Shown: one piece after another, positions 25,411-38,570 of the stretch | Layout of the letters: each line of letters begins with the position of its first letter | Position numbering within the stretch: the stretch's first letter is position 1 | NCBI RefSeq assembly: GCF_006345805.1 | Contig: NC_042999.1 | Location: 12,834,001 to 12,898,000 of the forward strand | DNA: 64,000 bases | From: Octopus sinensis | Lineage: Eukaryota | Direction: 5' to 3' | Translations under genes and position numbers: made by a program | The notes under the pieces: model-generated | The model's database searches: none | What the model was told of the DNA's origin: nothing | Seen by the model: only the letters and a program-made list of their open reading frames with translations

Positions 25411-27500
25411 ATCATCATCATCATCATCATTTAACGTCCGCTTTCCGTGCTAGCATGGGTTGGACGGTTCAACTGGGGTCTGGGGAGCCCGAAAGCTGCA
25501 CCAGTCCAGTCAGATCTGGCAGTGTTTCTACAGCTGGATGCCCTTCCTAACGCCAACCACTCCGAGAGTGTAGTGGGTAATTTTATGTGCCACCGACACA
25601 GGGCCAGACGAGGCTGGCAAACGGCCACGCTCGGATGTGTTTTTTATGTGCCACCGACACAGGTGCCAGACGAGGCTGGCAGACGGCCACGCTCGGATGG
25701 TGTTTTTATGTGCCACCGACACAGGTGCCAGACGAGGCTGGCAGACGGCCACGCTCGGATGGTGTTTTTATGTGCCAACCGACACAGGTGCCAGACGAGG
25801 CTGGCAGACGGCCACGCTCGGATGGTGTTTTTATGTGCCACCGACACAGGTGCCAGATGAGGCTGGCAAACGGCCACGATCGGATGGTGCTTGTTACTGC
25901 CCACAGCACGGAGGCCAGTCGATGCGGTACTGGCTACGGCCACGTTCGGATGGTTTTCTTATGTGCCACGTGCCACCGGCACTGGTACCACAAAGATACA
26001 AATTCCATTGATGTTCATCTATTTTGATTTGTTTTGATTTGATTTGATTTGATTTTCACTTGCCTCACAGGTCTTCACAAGTGTCAAGAAGAAGGTATGC
26101 ACAGGTGGACTGACTACTCCCAGGTAGGGGCCATGGGTTATGGCCTGACTAGTCTTGCCGGTCTTCGGATGGTTTTTTTTATGTGCCACCGACACAGGTG
26201 CTAGATGAGGCTGGCGAACGGCCACGATCGGATGGTGTTTGTCATGTGCCCACCGCACTGACTACGGCACTGATGGATTTCTTGTGTGCCACAGGCACTG
26301 GTACCACAAGATACAAATTCCATTGATGTTCATCTATTTTGTCTATTTTTTTTGATTTGATTTGATTTGATTTTCACTTGCCTCAACCGGTCTTCACAGT
26401 GTCACAAGAGGAAGGAAGGTATGCACAGGTGGACTGACTATCTTGCCGGTCTTCGGAAGGTGTTTTTATGTGCCACCGACACAGGTGCCAGATGAGGCTG
26501 GCAAACGGCCATGATCGGATGGTGTTTGTTACGTGCCCACAGCACGGAGGCCGTCGATGCGGAACTGGCCTACGGCACGTTCGTATGGTTCTCATGTGTG
26601 CCACCGGCACTGGTACCACAAAGTGTGTGCCACCGGCACTGGTACCACCAAGATACAGATTCCATTGATGTTCATCTATTTTGATTTGTTTTGATTTGAT
26701 TTTCACTTGCCTCAACAGGTCTTCACAAGTGTCACAAGAAGGAAGTATGCACAGTGGACTGACTACGTCCCAGGTAGGGGCCATGGGTTATGGCCTGACT
26801 AGTCTTACCGGGTCTTCGGATGGTGTTTTTAATGTGCCACCGACACAGGTGCTAGATGGGGCTGGCGAACGGCCACGATCGGATGGTGTTTGTCATGTGC
26901 CCACCGCACTGACTACGGCACTGATGGATTTCTTGTGTGCCACAGGCACTGGTACCCCACAAGATACAAATTCCATTGATGTTCATCTATTTTGTCTATT
27001 TTGATTTGATTTGATTTGATTTGATTTTCACTTGCCTCAACCGGTCTTCACAAGTGTCACAAGAAGAAGGAAGTATGCACAGTGGACTGACTAGTCTTGC
27101 CGGGTCTTCGGAAGGTGTTTTTATATGTGCCACCGACACAGGTGCCAGATGAGCTGGCAAACGGCCATGATCGGATGGGTTTTGTTACGTGCCCACAGCA
27201 CGGAGGCCGTCGATGCGTCGAACTGGCTACGGCCACGTTTGGATGGTTCTCATGTGTGCCACCGGCACTGGTACCCACAACGACAGATCATTGATGTTCA
27301 TCTATTTTGATTTGTTTTGATTTGATTTTCACTTGCCTCAACAGGTCTTCACAATGTCACAAGAAGGAAGGTATGCACAGGTGGACTGACTACGTCCCAG
27401 GTAGGGGCCATGGGTTATGCCTGACTATCTTGCCGGGTCTTCGGATGGTGTTTTTATGTGCCACCGACACAGGTGCTAGATGAGCTGGCGAACGGCCACG
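25410..27500 (-). repeat. RTE-tail repeat followed by about five tandem 300-330 bp monomers
   Basis: gattttcacttgcctc recurs near 26050, 26370, 26700, 27025 and 27325; the 62-bp units lie at 25590-25880. Confidence 0.85.
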
Positions 27501-27537
27501 ATCTATATATATATATACGGCCACATATAATATATAT

Positions 27538-27568
<31 letters not shown>

Positions 27569-27590
27569 CATACATACATACAAACATATA

Positions 27591-27690
27591 NNNNNNNNNN
27601 NNNNNNNNNNNNNNNNNNNNNNNNNNNNNNNNNNNNNNNNNNNNNNNNNNNNNNNNNNNNNNNNNNNNNNNNNNNNNNNNNNNNNNNNNN
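27591..27690. other. Assembly gap (100 N)
   Basis: Run of N characters. Confidence 1.
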
Positions 27691-28479
27691 AGGGAGGAGG
27701 GGAGAGTGAGAGCGGAAATAGAGGGTCTGGTGGATGGGGAGACAGATAAGGTATAAACAGTATGAGAGAGATAGAAATAGAAATGTAAGAAAGAGAGGAG
27801 AGATTATAAAGATAGAATAGCGCGTATTTTATATCTTTTTAATTATTATTTTCTGTTTGAAAGAACACTAATGATAACAAATAATAAAAATGTATGAGAG
27901 AGATAGAAATAGAAATGTAAAAAGAGAAAGAGAGTGCGTGGCAGGCACGAAATTATAAAGATTATAAAGATAGAATACCGCGTATTTTTATATTTTTATA
28001 TCTTTTTTGTTTTTTAATTATTTTCTGTTTGAAAGAACACTAATGATAACAAGATAAATATATCTTACCTTACCGCTGACAGAGAGTACTTACGTGATTC
28101 CTTTTTATAAGAAAGGAAGATAGATAGACAAGACAGACCTTTTATATTCCTCCCCAAGCGCACTTTGTAAACAAAAGGGGTTTGAGTTTCGATTTAGCAC
28201 ATGCAACAGTTTCACGATACTTTCTATATTTTCCTAAGCGATTTGGTATTAAGCAGCAAATTTTTCAGAGGCTTTTTTCAAGAACACGCAGATATACATC
28301 AAAACGAAAATATCCTTCTCAAAAATACTGTGTCTTGTTGATTCACAGACGAAGAATAAAATCACTTCGATTTCGGGAAGTAACACACGTGCGTTTTAAC
28401 ACGTGTATTCGCGAGTATGTTCTAGTTGCAAATACTACATCAAAAGCGAAAATATTCTTCTCAGCGAAAATATTCTTAT

Positions 28480-29399
28480 ATATATAATATTCTTATATAT
28501 ATATACTATTACATATATATATTCTATTATCATATATATAATATCATACATATATATATATACCATAGATATATATATATCATACATATATATATATATA
28601 TACATACATATATATATATATATACATACATATATATATATATATACATACATATATATAATATACATACATATATATAATAATACATAACATACATATA
28701 CTATATATAATACATACATAATATATTACATACATACATATATATATATATATATACATACATATATATATACATATATAATAAATATATATATATATTA
28801 TACATACATACATATATATATATACATACATACATATATATATATATATACATACATACATTATATATATACATACATACATATATATATAACACATACA
28901 TATATATATATATACATACATAAATACATATATATATATACATAATACATATATATATATATATAACATACATACATATATATATATACATACATACATA
29001 CATATATATAATACATACATACATATATTATATATACATACATACATATATATATATATATACAACATACATATATATAACATACATACATATATATATA
29101 TATATACATACATCCATATATATACATACATACATATATATTATATATACATACATTATATAATATATATATACATACATATATATATATATATACATAC
29201 ATATATATATATACATACTACATATTTATATATATCATACATACATATATAAAATATACATACATATATTATATATATATAATTACAATATATATATATA
29301 TACATACATATATATTATATATATACATACTATATATATATATATATATACATACATATATATATATATATACATACATATATATATATAATAATACAT

Positions 29400-29432
<33 letters not shown>

Positions 29433-29460
29433 CTATACTATATATATGTATATATATACA
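28480..29460. repeat. Compound (TA)n/(CATA)n microsatellite
   Basis: Seen directly. Confidence 0.97.
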
Positions 29461-29586
29461 TACCAAACCCAAGCTGTTTTATATTTAACTTGTATATCTG
29501 TATAATTGCCTATGTGTGTGTGTGTGTGTGTGTGTGTGTTAAAGGAAGAGTATTGTATGGCTAATTCCAAACTTTGGTTCACTTAC

Positions 29587-29739
29587 CTTCTTTGTCAATA
29601 ATCCATGACTCCAGATTCTCTCCAGAAGGTCACAGAGACTAGCAATAAGAGTATTTTCTTCCACTCCTGTGATGTTTACTTCTCCATGACCCAGTTCTAC
29701 TGCTTCTTGACCCATTTTTTCAACCAACATTCGTTTTGT
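29587..29739 (-). CDS. DENND5: DENND5 coding exon, start of RUN1: [51 protein letters not shown]
   Basis: Acceptor tctctcatcag and donor AAG|gtaagt; 153 nt, phase 0 to 0. Nearly identical to the DENND5A/B motif [47 protein letters not shown]. Confidence 0.97.
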
Positions 29740-30822
29740 CTGATGAGAGAAAGAAATTTTTTCTTTAAATGGGAAAATGAGGGCTACAGAAATCAAAACA
29801 AATGTAAAATACCTCAAAAGATGAAAATAATTCAAAGAAGGATATCTTTCAATCATAGCTGTTTATGACTATATACTAGAAAAGACAAATTTAAACTCAT
29901 TATAGAGGCAGAAGTGGCTGCATGGTCAAGAAGCTGGTTTCTCAACCACTGTGTAGCTCTCGAGTGTCTTCTGCTATAGCCTTGGCTGACCAAATCATTG
30001 TCAATGGATTTCGTAGACAAACTAAAGAAGCTCATCATTTATATGTGTGAGTGTGTGCCTGTATAGACACCTCTTCCTCATCTCTAAACATCTCCTTCCA
30101 CAGTCTTATGGAACATTCTCCTTCATCCCCCTTTACCACTTATGACCCCCCACACACTGCCACATCATCATATTTTTCTCTAAATTTCCTATTATTTCTC
30201 CTTTTTCCTACTGACGTAGCCAAGTGACACCCATTACCATCCCTCTACTATACTATAACCTCTCAGCTGGTACAAAACCATCTCCCTCAGTTCCACTTTT
30301 TGCCACGCAAATTACTTGGCAACCCTGCAGGTGTTGGTGCCATGTAAAAAGCACCCAGCACACACTGTAAAGGGATTGGCATTAGGAGGGGCATCCAGTC
30401 ATAGAAACCATCCAGAAGCATATAATGGAACCTAGTACAGCTCTCTGACTTGCCTAGCTCCTGTCAGGCCATCCAACCCATGTCAGCATGGAATTTGGAC
30501 ATTAAATATGTGTATATATATATATATATATACACACAAGTAGGACCTGTGGACATTCCAGAGAATGAAAAAGATTAAGAGAAGCTATTTGAGAAAGAAA
30601 GGATGATTTATATTTTTATTTTGTTAATTTATTTCACTTTCAGTTAGAATAATATATTATATGATTTTGAAATTCCGTGCTACAAAGCACTTTATCTTCC
30701 TCTCTTTCTCTCTACCACTTCAACAAACTTTTTAACCATGTAACTCTCCTCTTCATGCCTTTAATATTCTTCTCTTTCTCTTCACCTCTCACTTCCACTA
30801 ACCACACAAGTGACAACATAAT

Positions 30823-30870
30823 ACAGGGCTGACCAACCTGAGGCCCGCAGGCCGCATGCGGCCCACACAC
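30823..30870 (+). mobile_element. hAT/Charlie-type terminal sequence (one end only)
   Basis: CAGGGCTGACCAACCTGAGGCCCGCAGGCCGCATGCGGCCC is typical of Charlie/Chap-type ends; no partner TIR found. Confidence 0.45.
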
Positions 30871-31669
30871 GTTTATCTTGTGGATCGCTTGATACTTTCT
30901 TGAAATGGGTTTATTTAAATAAACGTTTAAAAATTTTTTATCAAAAATTAAAGATTGTAATGAAAAATAAAAAAGAAAGATACTACTGTTTTCGCTAGGA
31001 TAACTTAAGGTTTATGAGAGGCAATAAAGCCATAGCTTGCAATTTTATGATTTTAAACAAATGGAAAGTATGAATAATTCTTGATTCTGTAATTTGATTA
31101 TTTGGCTATTAGTGCATAAAGTATACAAGCGGCCATCAAAAAACTTTCTGTGATTAAAGTGGCCTGCAAATGTAATTTGAGTTGGCCAAGCCTGACAGAA
31201 TACATTGGCTGGCTATTTGCTTTCTTACTCTCACATGGAGGCTGCAACAACCGAAGCCTCGACCATGGATCCCGAGTGAACTTTGCAACAGACACTTCCA
31301 TGCAAGAATCGACCTCATTAGTCATGAGAGGCATAAACATGGACAGAGGGGAAGAAGTGGTCAACAAGAAACCAAATAAATTTTCAGACACACGATAAAA
31401 TGTCGCTGCTACTGCTGACGATAGTAGTAAGAATATATAAATATATTCTTATATAAAACAATAAATTTCAATGAAATTTGTTACCTTTAACATTAAAATC
31501 TTTAGACAGGTGAGTGGGACAGATTTTTACTTCAAAACTATGATATATTCAGTTTATATTTGCAGTGCTAGTAAGGGTTATTTACTGTATAAAATGCAAC
31601 CTCTGCGGGATGCTTAACCAACCATTCCCCCTCTAACATCTGTGTTTGGTCTAGGCTCTACACAATGGA

Positions 31670-33075
31670 TTGCCACAATCCAGACTTCATCTGGAACAGC
31701 CCTATATATATTCAATTCACAGACTAATATCCCGCACGGACTTAACACAGCCCCCTCTTCTTAGTGACTGCCTCTACACCTCCCGCAACAAGCAACTTTA
31801 TTTCTTCTTTCTTCTCTTCTCTTCTCTTTTTCTCTCCCTTTTTTCATTTTTCATTCCTTACGTGCAATTATGTCTTTTATATTGGATCAACTTCCTTATA
31901 TTTTATTGTTTTTATAATTTTATTGTTATAATTTTTTGTTTTTTTATTGTTTATAATTTATGGTTTTATAAATTATTGTTTTTATACACGAACACACACA
32001 CACACTCACGTATCCATGAACACACACATACCTCCCACACACCACACATACAACATACATACATGCACATATACACACACACAAACATACACATATACAC
32101 CCACCCACACACACCCATGCGCACACACACATATGCACGTACACACACACACGTACACAAACGTACACACACACAGAGGAATGCACAGAAACCTATCCCA
32201 CCCAACCCCACACACACAGACACACCTACCTTTAGACACACACACACACACATATAAACGTACACACAACCACATACATGCACATAGTCAAGCACACGCG
32301 CATACACAACAAAATGCACACAACCTGACACACATCTCCACGTTCACACACATGCACGCAACCTGACATCTCCACGTTCACACACATATATACACATGCA
32401 CGCACATACACACACAAATGAATCCACATATACATCCCATACACACAATTATACATACATGTATATACACATACGCACATACAAGCACACATACACAAAC
32501 TAAAGTACACTTATTTGCCACACACAAACTCTACGCATACACATACATACAAAAACATACACACAATACATATACATACACGCACACATACTTCAAACTA
32601 CCAGTACCTTCCATTGACCATTCTTCTACGCACATGGGTAGGTAGACACAAGAGCCACTCCTAATTCATTCTTCCTTGACCTTAAACAATACTAAGCCCT
32701 ACCACACACATAGATTAACAGCCACAACCACACACACACGTGTTATCATTGCACACATACACACACACACGCAGACCTGCGCGCATGTACATATCCACAC
32801 TTACACACACATATCTCCTTTTGCACTCTCCTGCCTTTGAAAGAACTTTTTCTTCACCCATTCCCTTCCGGTCATTCAAAATGTGACCGCGTGTGTACTG
32901 TTGGGGATTTTTTTTTCCTCTGTCTTCGGATCTTTCCTTTTCCTATGTTTCTGACGAAGAGCTCCGCTCGAAACGTTAAACCCTCCTTCTTTCCTGAGCG
33001 TCCAATAATACTATACTTGTTCCACGTCCTCACATTGTTGTGTTTTCTCTTTGTGTTTTCATGTTTGGATTAACT
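31670..33075 (+). mobile_element. Penelope-like element 3-prime remnant: GIY-YIG C-terminus, CA-rich tract, pLTR-like segment
   Basis: 31670-31790 reads RLHLEQPYIY then, after a frameshift, TNIPHGLNT (PxGLN end of the PLE endonuclease). The 32840-33075 segment contains a minimal hammerhead. Confidence 0.6.
32947..32981 (+). ncRNA. Minimal type I hammerhead ribozyme motif, family 2
   Basis: GTTT-CTGACGA-A-GAGC(tcc)GCTC-GAAACGTT-AAAC. Stem I is GTTT/AAAC, the core boxes are intact, and stem III is the palindrome AACGTT. Confidence 0.75.
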
Positions 33076-33084
33076 ATCATCATC

Positions 33085-33500
33085 ATCGTTTAACATCTGC
33101 TTTCCATGCTAGCATGGGTTGGACGGTTCAACTGGGGTCTGGGAAGCCCGAAGGCTGCACCAGGCCAGTCAGATCTGGCGGTGTTTCTACAGCTGGATGC
33201 CCTTCCTAACGCCAACCACTCCGTGAGTGTAGTGAGTGCTTTTTATGTGCCACTGACACAGGTGCCAGACAAGGCTGGCGAACGGCTACGCTCGGATGGT
33301 GCTTTTTACATGCCACTGGCACGGAGGCCAGGCGAGGCTGGCATGGCCACGATCGGATGGTGTTTGTTACGTGCCACCAGCACGGAGTCCAGTCGATGCG
33401 GTGCTGGCTACGGCCATGTTCGGATGGTTCTCTTATGTGCCACCGGCACTGGTACCACAAACTACAAATTCCATTGATGTTCATCGATTTCGATTTTGAT
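33085..33500 (-). repeat. RTE-tail short element
   Basis: catcatcatcgtttaac...catgctagcatgggttgg...; same family as the 54281-54650 UTR. Confidence 0.8.
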
Positions 33501-35132
33501 TTGATATATAGCACACAGGGCAAAAATGGTAACACTAAGTCCTAAACATAATCTCTGTCCACAGTTTCATATTTTCATCTCACCTATACAATTATTATTT
33601 ACAACTAATTATTCGACTAATCCTTTCATCCTAGATATTGTCCACTACTACAATAACATATCTGCTTCACCTACAACAATAATTATAATGATTTAAGAGA
33701 AACTCCCACCTGTGCAGCCCAGATCACCATAGTAACAAGGATTATTACTTCAACAACTTCTTTCTGTTCTTCGTTGATTTACACATCAGCAGATAATCGA
33801 GTCAATTAGTCAATGTTTTGTGATTAGAAGAATCTATACGATGCATTGATGAGAAACATTTGGATTATAGATGAGATCATTATCAGCATCACTTTAAATT
33901 TCACTTTCCCATGCTGGCATGGATCAGATGGAATACACTGAGGAAGATTTTGTATGGCCAGGTGCTCTCCCTGTCACCAATCTTCACTTGTTTCCAAGCA
34001 TGTTGATATTTATCCTTGGTTGGATATGTTTCCATGGAAGACTGGAAACAAATGACACTGCTTGCGTGACAGTAACACTTACTCAAACATTACCTGAGGC
34101 TAGTACAAGGGCAGAGACACACACACACTTTAGAGGCTCCTTTCAGTTTCTATCTACCAAATCCATTCACAAGACTATAGTGGAAAACATTTGCCCAATG
34201 TTGCCATGCAGTGAGACTGAACCTGAAACCATGTGCTCGTTGGGAAGCACCAAATCCTCTCTTTGAGCCCATTACACAAGGATCTGGACTCGGTACAGAA
34301 AGCAAACAAACCATTTGTCAGTTGGACACTGTTGTTGTTATAGATGACATCATGTTGTTCCTATCTTGCCAACGCCACCCCACCATTATATTTCAGATAG
34401 GTGGCCTGCCTCTACCATTTGATAACAAATTGTTTTAAACCCCAGATACAAAGCAGTGCCTGTGAATGAGATCTGAACAATCAACTTCTCAAACACTTAT
34501 ATGATAACCTTTCAATTTGACTGTCTGCACTCCTTCCACAAATTACTTTGACCTAAATAAATAAATAAATGAACAACAAGGGTCTCTTAGACTTCACTTC
34601 AAAGTAAGTGTAAGGCAAGACTATAACTGCTAAGTGATTCTGATCCTGTTGATATGTTATTAAAATCAGACAACTGACGTATCATTACCAATTTTTTTAA
34701 TGTTCATCTCCAAAATAAAACCATCTTGGGTCAACAGCTTATTAAGAAATAAATGTTAAACTATTTGAAAAACATTTCCAGCTTACTGTATATCTGTGTT
34801 CCCAGGTATTGTAAGAGGTGACCGAAGGGTGATGCTGTTGGTCGTTGTGATTATGGATGGTGCTGGTGGTGGTGATTGAGAAGACGCTTTTAGTCTTGTT
34901 GAAAAGATGACAACCTTTGTAGTGCTGGGGCAACAATGAAATGCATTTGATACACTCTGTAGAATGGTTGGTGTTAGGAAGGACAGGTAGAAACTATGAC
35001 AAATAAGACAACTAGTGCGGTCGTCTTCCTGTTAAGAAGGGCAGAAACTGAATAAAAATTCACTCAGACCATATTAACCCACTCAACCCAAGCGAGCTGG
35101 GAAAACAGATCTAAAATACTGAAAATACAAAC

Positions 35133-35258
35133 CTTAGTTCGACATTCTTTCAATAAAGTTTCCACAAATTGCCAGTTTCTTTGTGCCATTGCAGACTTTG
35201 ACATATCCGAGAGCTTGGGATTTCGAATGATTATCGAATGAGCTTCTTGCATACATTT
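35133..35258 (-). CDS. DENND5: DENND5 coding exon: [42 protein letters not shown]
   Basis: Acceptor tttgttaacag and donor AAG|gtttgt; 126 nt, phase 0 to 0. Matches DENND5 KYIQEAR...PKLSNLS...NWKFVEGLLKECRNK. Lies inside ORF 35064..35252. Confidence 0.95.
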
Positions 35259-36384
35259 CTGTTAACAAATTAGAAAAAAGAAAAGAAAAAGAAAACAGTG
35301 AGAAAGAGAATCTGAGATTTTATGATAATGTGTAAAGTTTTACACATTATGATTTCTAAAATTACTGTAATTAATGGTGTACAAGTTGCATTATATTTGA
35401 TTTTAATTGAAAAAATTGGTGTGTGACATACTTGGACCAAAGCTAAAACTATAAAAGAAAAGAATTTTGAAGCAAGATTTTTTACTAAATTAGGGGTGCC
35501 ACCTGAGAGCGAGATATGCAAATGCATCTTATACAGTAGTAAATACAGTAAATGAAATGAAACCTGAAATTGAAATGTAAAAGCAAACAAACATCAGAAA
35601 ACCATACAAACCATTGATACTGTATATTTGATTATTGATCTGTGAAATATTGCTTACATATGTCTTGTTTGGAAATTTTATAATTTTCCTTCTTCATTTC
35701 CAATCTTGAATCTCAGACATATAATCAATAAACTCCAGAGGTTTATTGGATACAAAAAAAAAAGAAAAGAAAAAGAAGAAAAATACTGTTATTGCAATGA
35801 TTCTGCTTTGTGCTTAGAACTTAAGCTGAAAGCTGGCTATATCATACTTCAATAATTTCAGCTGTGTGACACAACAGTAGTAATACTGAAGATGGTAAAG
35901 GAATCACTGACTAGTTGTTATTGAGTCCTTGATCAGCCCTGGTCAGAGAAACTTATAATGGAACTTAGCCCAGCTATATTAACCCAGTCTTTTATTCCTC
36001 TAGAATTCCAATATCTCAGGTGCCTTCCTTTTGTCTGAGGCTGATATAGTGTAAATCAAGGGATATTTAACTGCAATTTTTTGTAGATCCTGCGACTGCA
36101 ATGTGTCTCCTCACTCACTGATTTGACCAACATGAATAGCAATGGAAAAGCAGTGCATCCATATTTTGGGAGGTGTACAACAAGTTCATTACAACTATTG
36201 ATATAAAGAAAGCAGCTGGCATTAACCGCTAGCATACCAAACAGAATGCAGAGTAGCGCTTCCTTTGTCTATGTTCTTCTGTTCAAATTCCATCATGATC
36301 CACTTTGCCTTTCATCCTCTTGGGCTTGATGAACTACATTGAGCACTGGGGTCAAAGCCATTCCCACTGGGAGGGGGGAAATTT

Positions 36385-36600
36385 CAAAGCAATTAAAGTT
36401 GTCAGCTGGGATTTTGTTGAGTATTCATTCTGCAAGGATCTGACCAGGCATGGAATTACTGGTGCAACAAGGAAGAAGGTCATAAATTCCATCTCTGAAG
36501 CTGGACAGAAGGTCACTAGGTGGCTTTGGATAAAGAGGGTAGAATGGTGTCTTGTTGCTCCTGGGATGTAAGATCAACCCCAGCTGAGTCAACTGAGTGA
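36385..36600 (+). mobile_element. HERO-like C-terminal fragment
   Basis: ORF 36305..36571 ends in SFCKDLTRHGITGATRKKVINSISEAGQKVTRWLWIKR. Confidence 0.65.
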
Positions 36601-37083
36601 GGTGGTCTGATGTTGAAAGACCCTAGAAACATCATTGATGAAGGATCCCAGAGCACTATATATATGTATATACTAGTATTATAACCAGATTTCATTCAGG
36701 TCTACTCGGGTCACATTTTGAAGATGAGGAATTTTGCCCTAGAGGTCACGCCTTTGAATTGAGCAAATTGAAAGTTGCCATGCAAACTCCCCAACACTTT
36801 GAACAGAGGTGTGCAAATGTTCATGTCGATCTGATCACATTTACTAACACCGTTGCTTGCACAACTGCTTTTCACAAATATATGATAGATAAATATGTGT
36901 GTGTATTATATAATACACACACAAGTATGTAAACGTGTACATATGTACACGTGTGTGTCTGTGAAAAGACATCGAATATGAAAACAGTATTGAAAAATAA
37001 CTGATGTATCCAAATAAAGCCATCAAGTATTTTCAAAGACATTTCCTCAGTTCCATGATATATGTGTGTGTGTGTGTGTGTGT

Positions 37084-37127
<44 letters not shown>

Positions 37128-37721
37128 CGTATGCATGTCTATACTTATGTATGTACGTGAGTATTTAGGTAAGTGTATAGACGTGTCTGTGTGTATGTAC
37201 ATGTGAACGTATGTTTATGTACTGATATGTGTCTGTTCAAGTTATATACATGACTTTGTTGAAGGTTGTATACACACACACACACACACACACATGTGTG
37301 TGTGTGTTTGTCCCTCTCACCACCGTCTAACGGTGAATGGATATGTATGTACGTAGGTGTAGATGTATGTGTGTATGTATTGTGTATGTGAGTATGTACA
37401 TGCATGCATGTATGAGTAGTAGATATATGTATGTATTGTATATGTGTGTAAAAAAAAAAGCAAATTTGAATTTTAACCGTTATCCGCGAAAATAGTGACA
37501 TGTATAGATGGATAAGCGTGTATGTGTGTATACTTTAAGATTATACATCTATTTGCGAGTGTGTGTACGTGTCCATATGATTGTGTGTATTTGTATATAT
37601 GTATAAATTAGGCTATATTTGCATGTATGTATCTAAGACGTTGTATCCATTCACCGTTAGACGATGGTGAGAGGGACAGACGCACGCACACACACATGTG
37701 CCTATATATATGTATGTGAAA

Positions 37722-37960
37722 GGCGGTGAGCTGGCAGAATCGTTAGCACGCCGGGCGAAATGCGTAGCCGTTTTTCGTCTGCAGTTACGTTCTGAGTTCA
37801 AATTCCGCCGAGGTTGACTTTGCCTTTCATCCTCTTGGGGTCGATAAATAAAGTACCAGTTTTGCACTGGGTCGATTTAATCGACTTAATCCCTTTATCT
37901 GTCCTTGTTTGTCCCCTCTATGTTTAGCCCCTTGTGGGTAGTAAAGAAATATATAAAAAA
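37722..37960 (+). mobile_element. tRNA-derived SINE, family A (best copy)
   Basis: A-box-like GAGCTGGCAGAATCG, B-box GAGTTCAAATTCC and core cctttcatcctcttggggtcgataaataaagtaccag. Decayed copies near 2700-2910, 20750-20900, 36240-36350, 40010-40190, 47690-47880, 48490-48620, 62150-62270 and 62610-62830. Confidence 0.75.
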
Positions 37961-38250
37961 TATATATATATATATATATACACATATACGTGTGTATATA
38001 ATATATAATATATATATATATATTATATATACACACACATATACGTGTATATAATATATAAATATATATATATATATATACACATATACGTGTGTATATA
38101 ATATATAAATATATATATATATATATACACATATACGTGTGTATATATATATAAATATATATAATATATATATATATATATAATATACACATATACGTGT
38201 GTATATAATATATAAATATATATATATATACACATATACGTGTGTATATA

Positions 38251-38290
<40 letters not shown>

Positions 38291-38490
38291 GTGTGTATAT
38301 AATATATAAATATATATATACACATATACGTGTGTATATAAATATATAAATATATATATATATATATACACATATACTGTGTATATAATATATAAATATA
38401 TATATATATATATACACATATACGTGTGTATATAATATATAAATATTATATATATATATATATATATAACACATATACGTTTGTATAATA

Positions 38491-38554
<64 letters not shown>

Positions 38555-38570
38555 TATACGTGTGTATACA
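37955..38570. repeat. AT-rich minisatellite, unit of about 40-60 bp with core atatacacatatacgtgtgtatat
   Basis: About ten imperfect copies seen directly. Confidence 0.9.
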
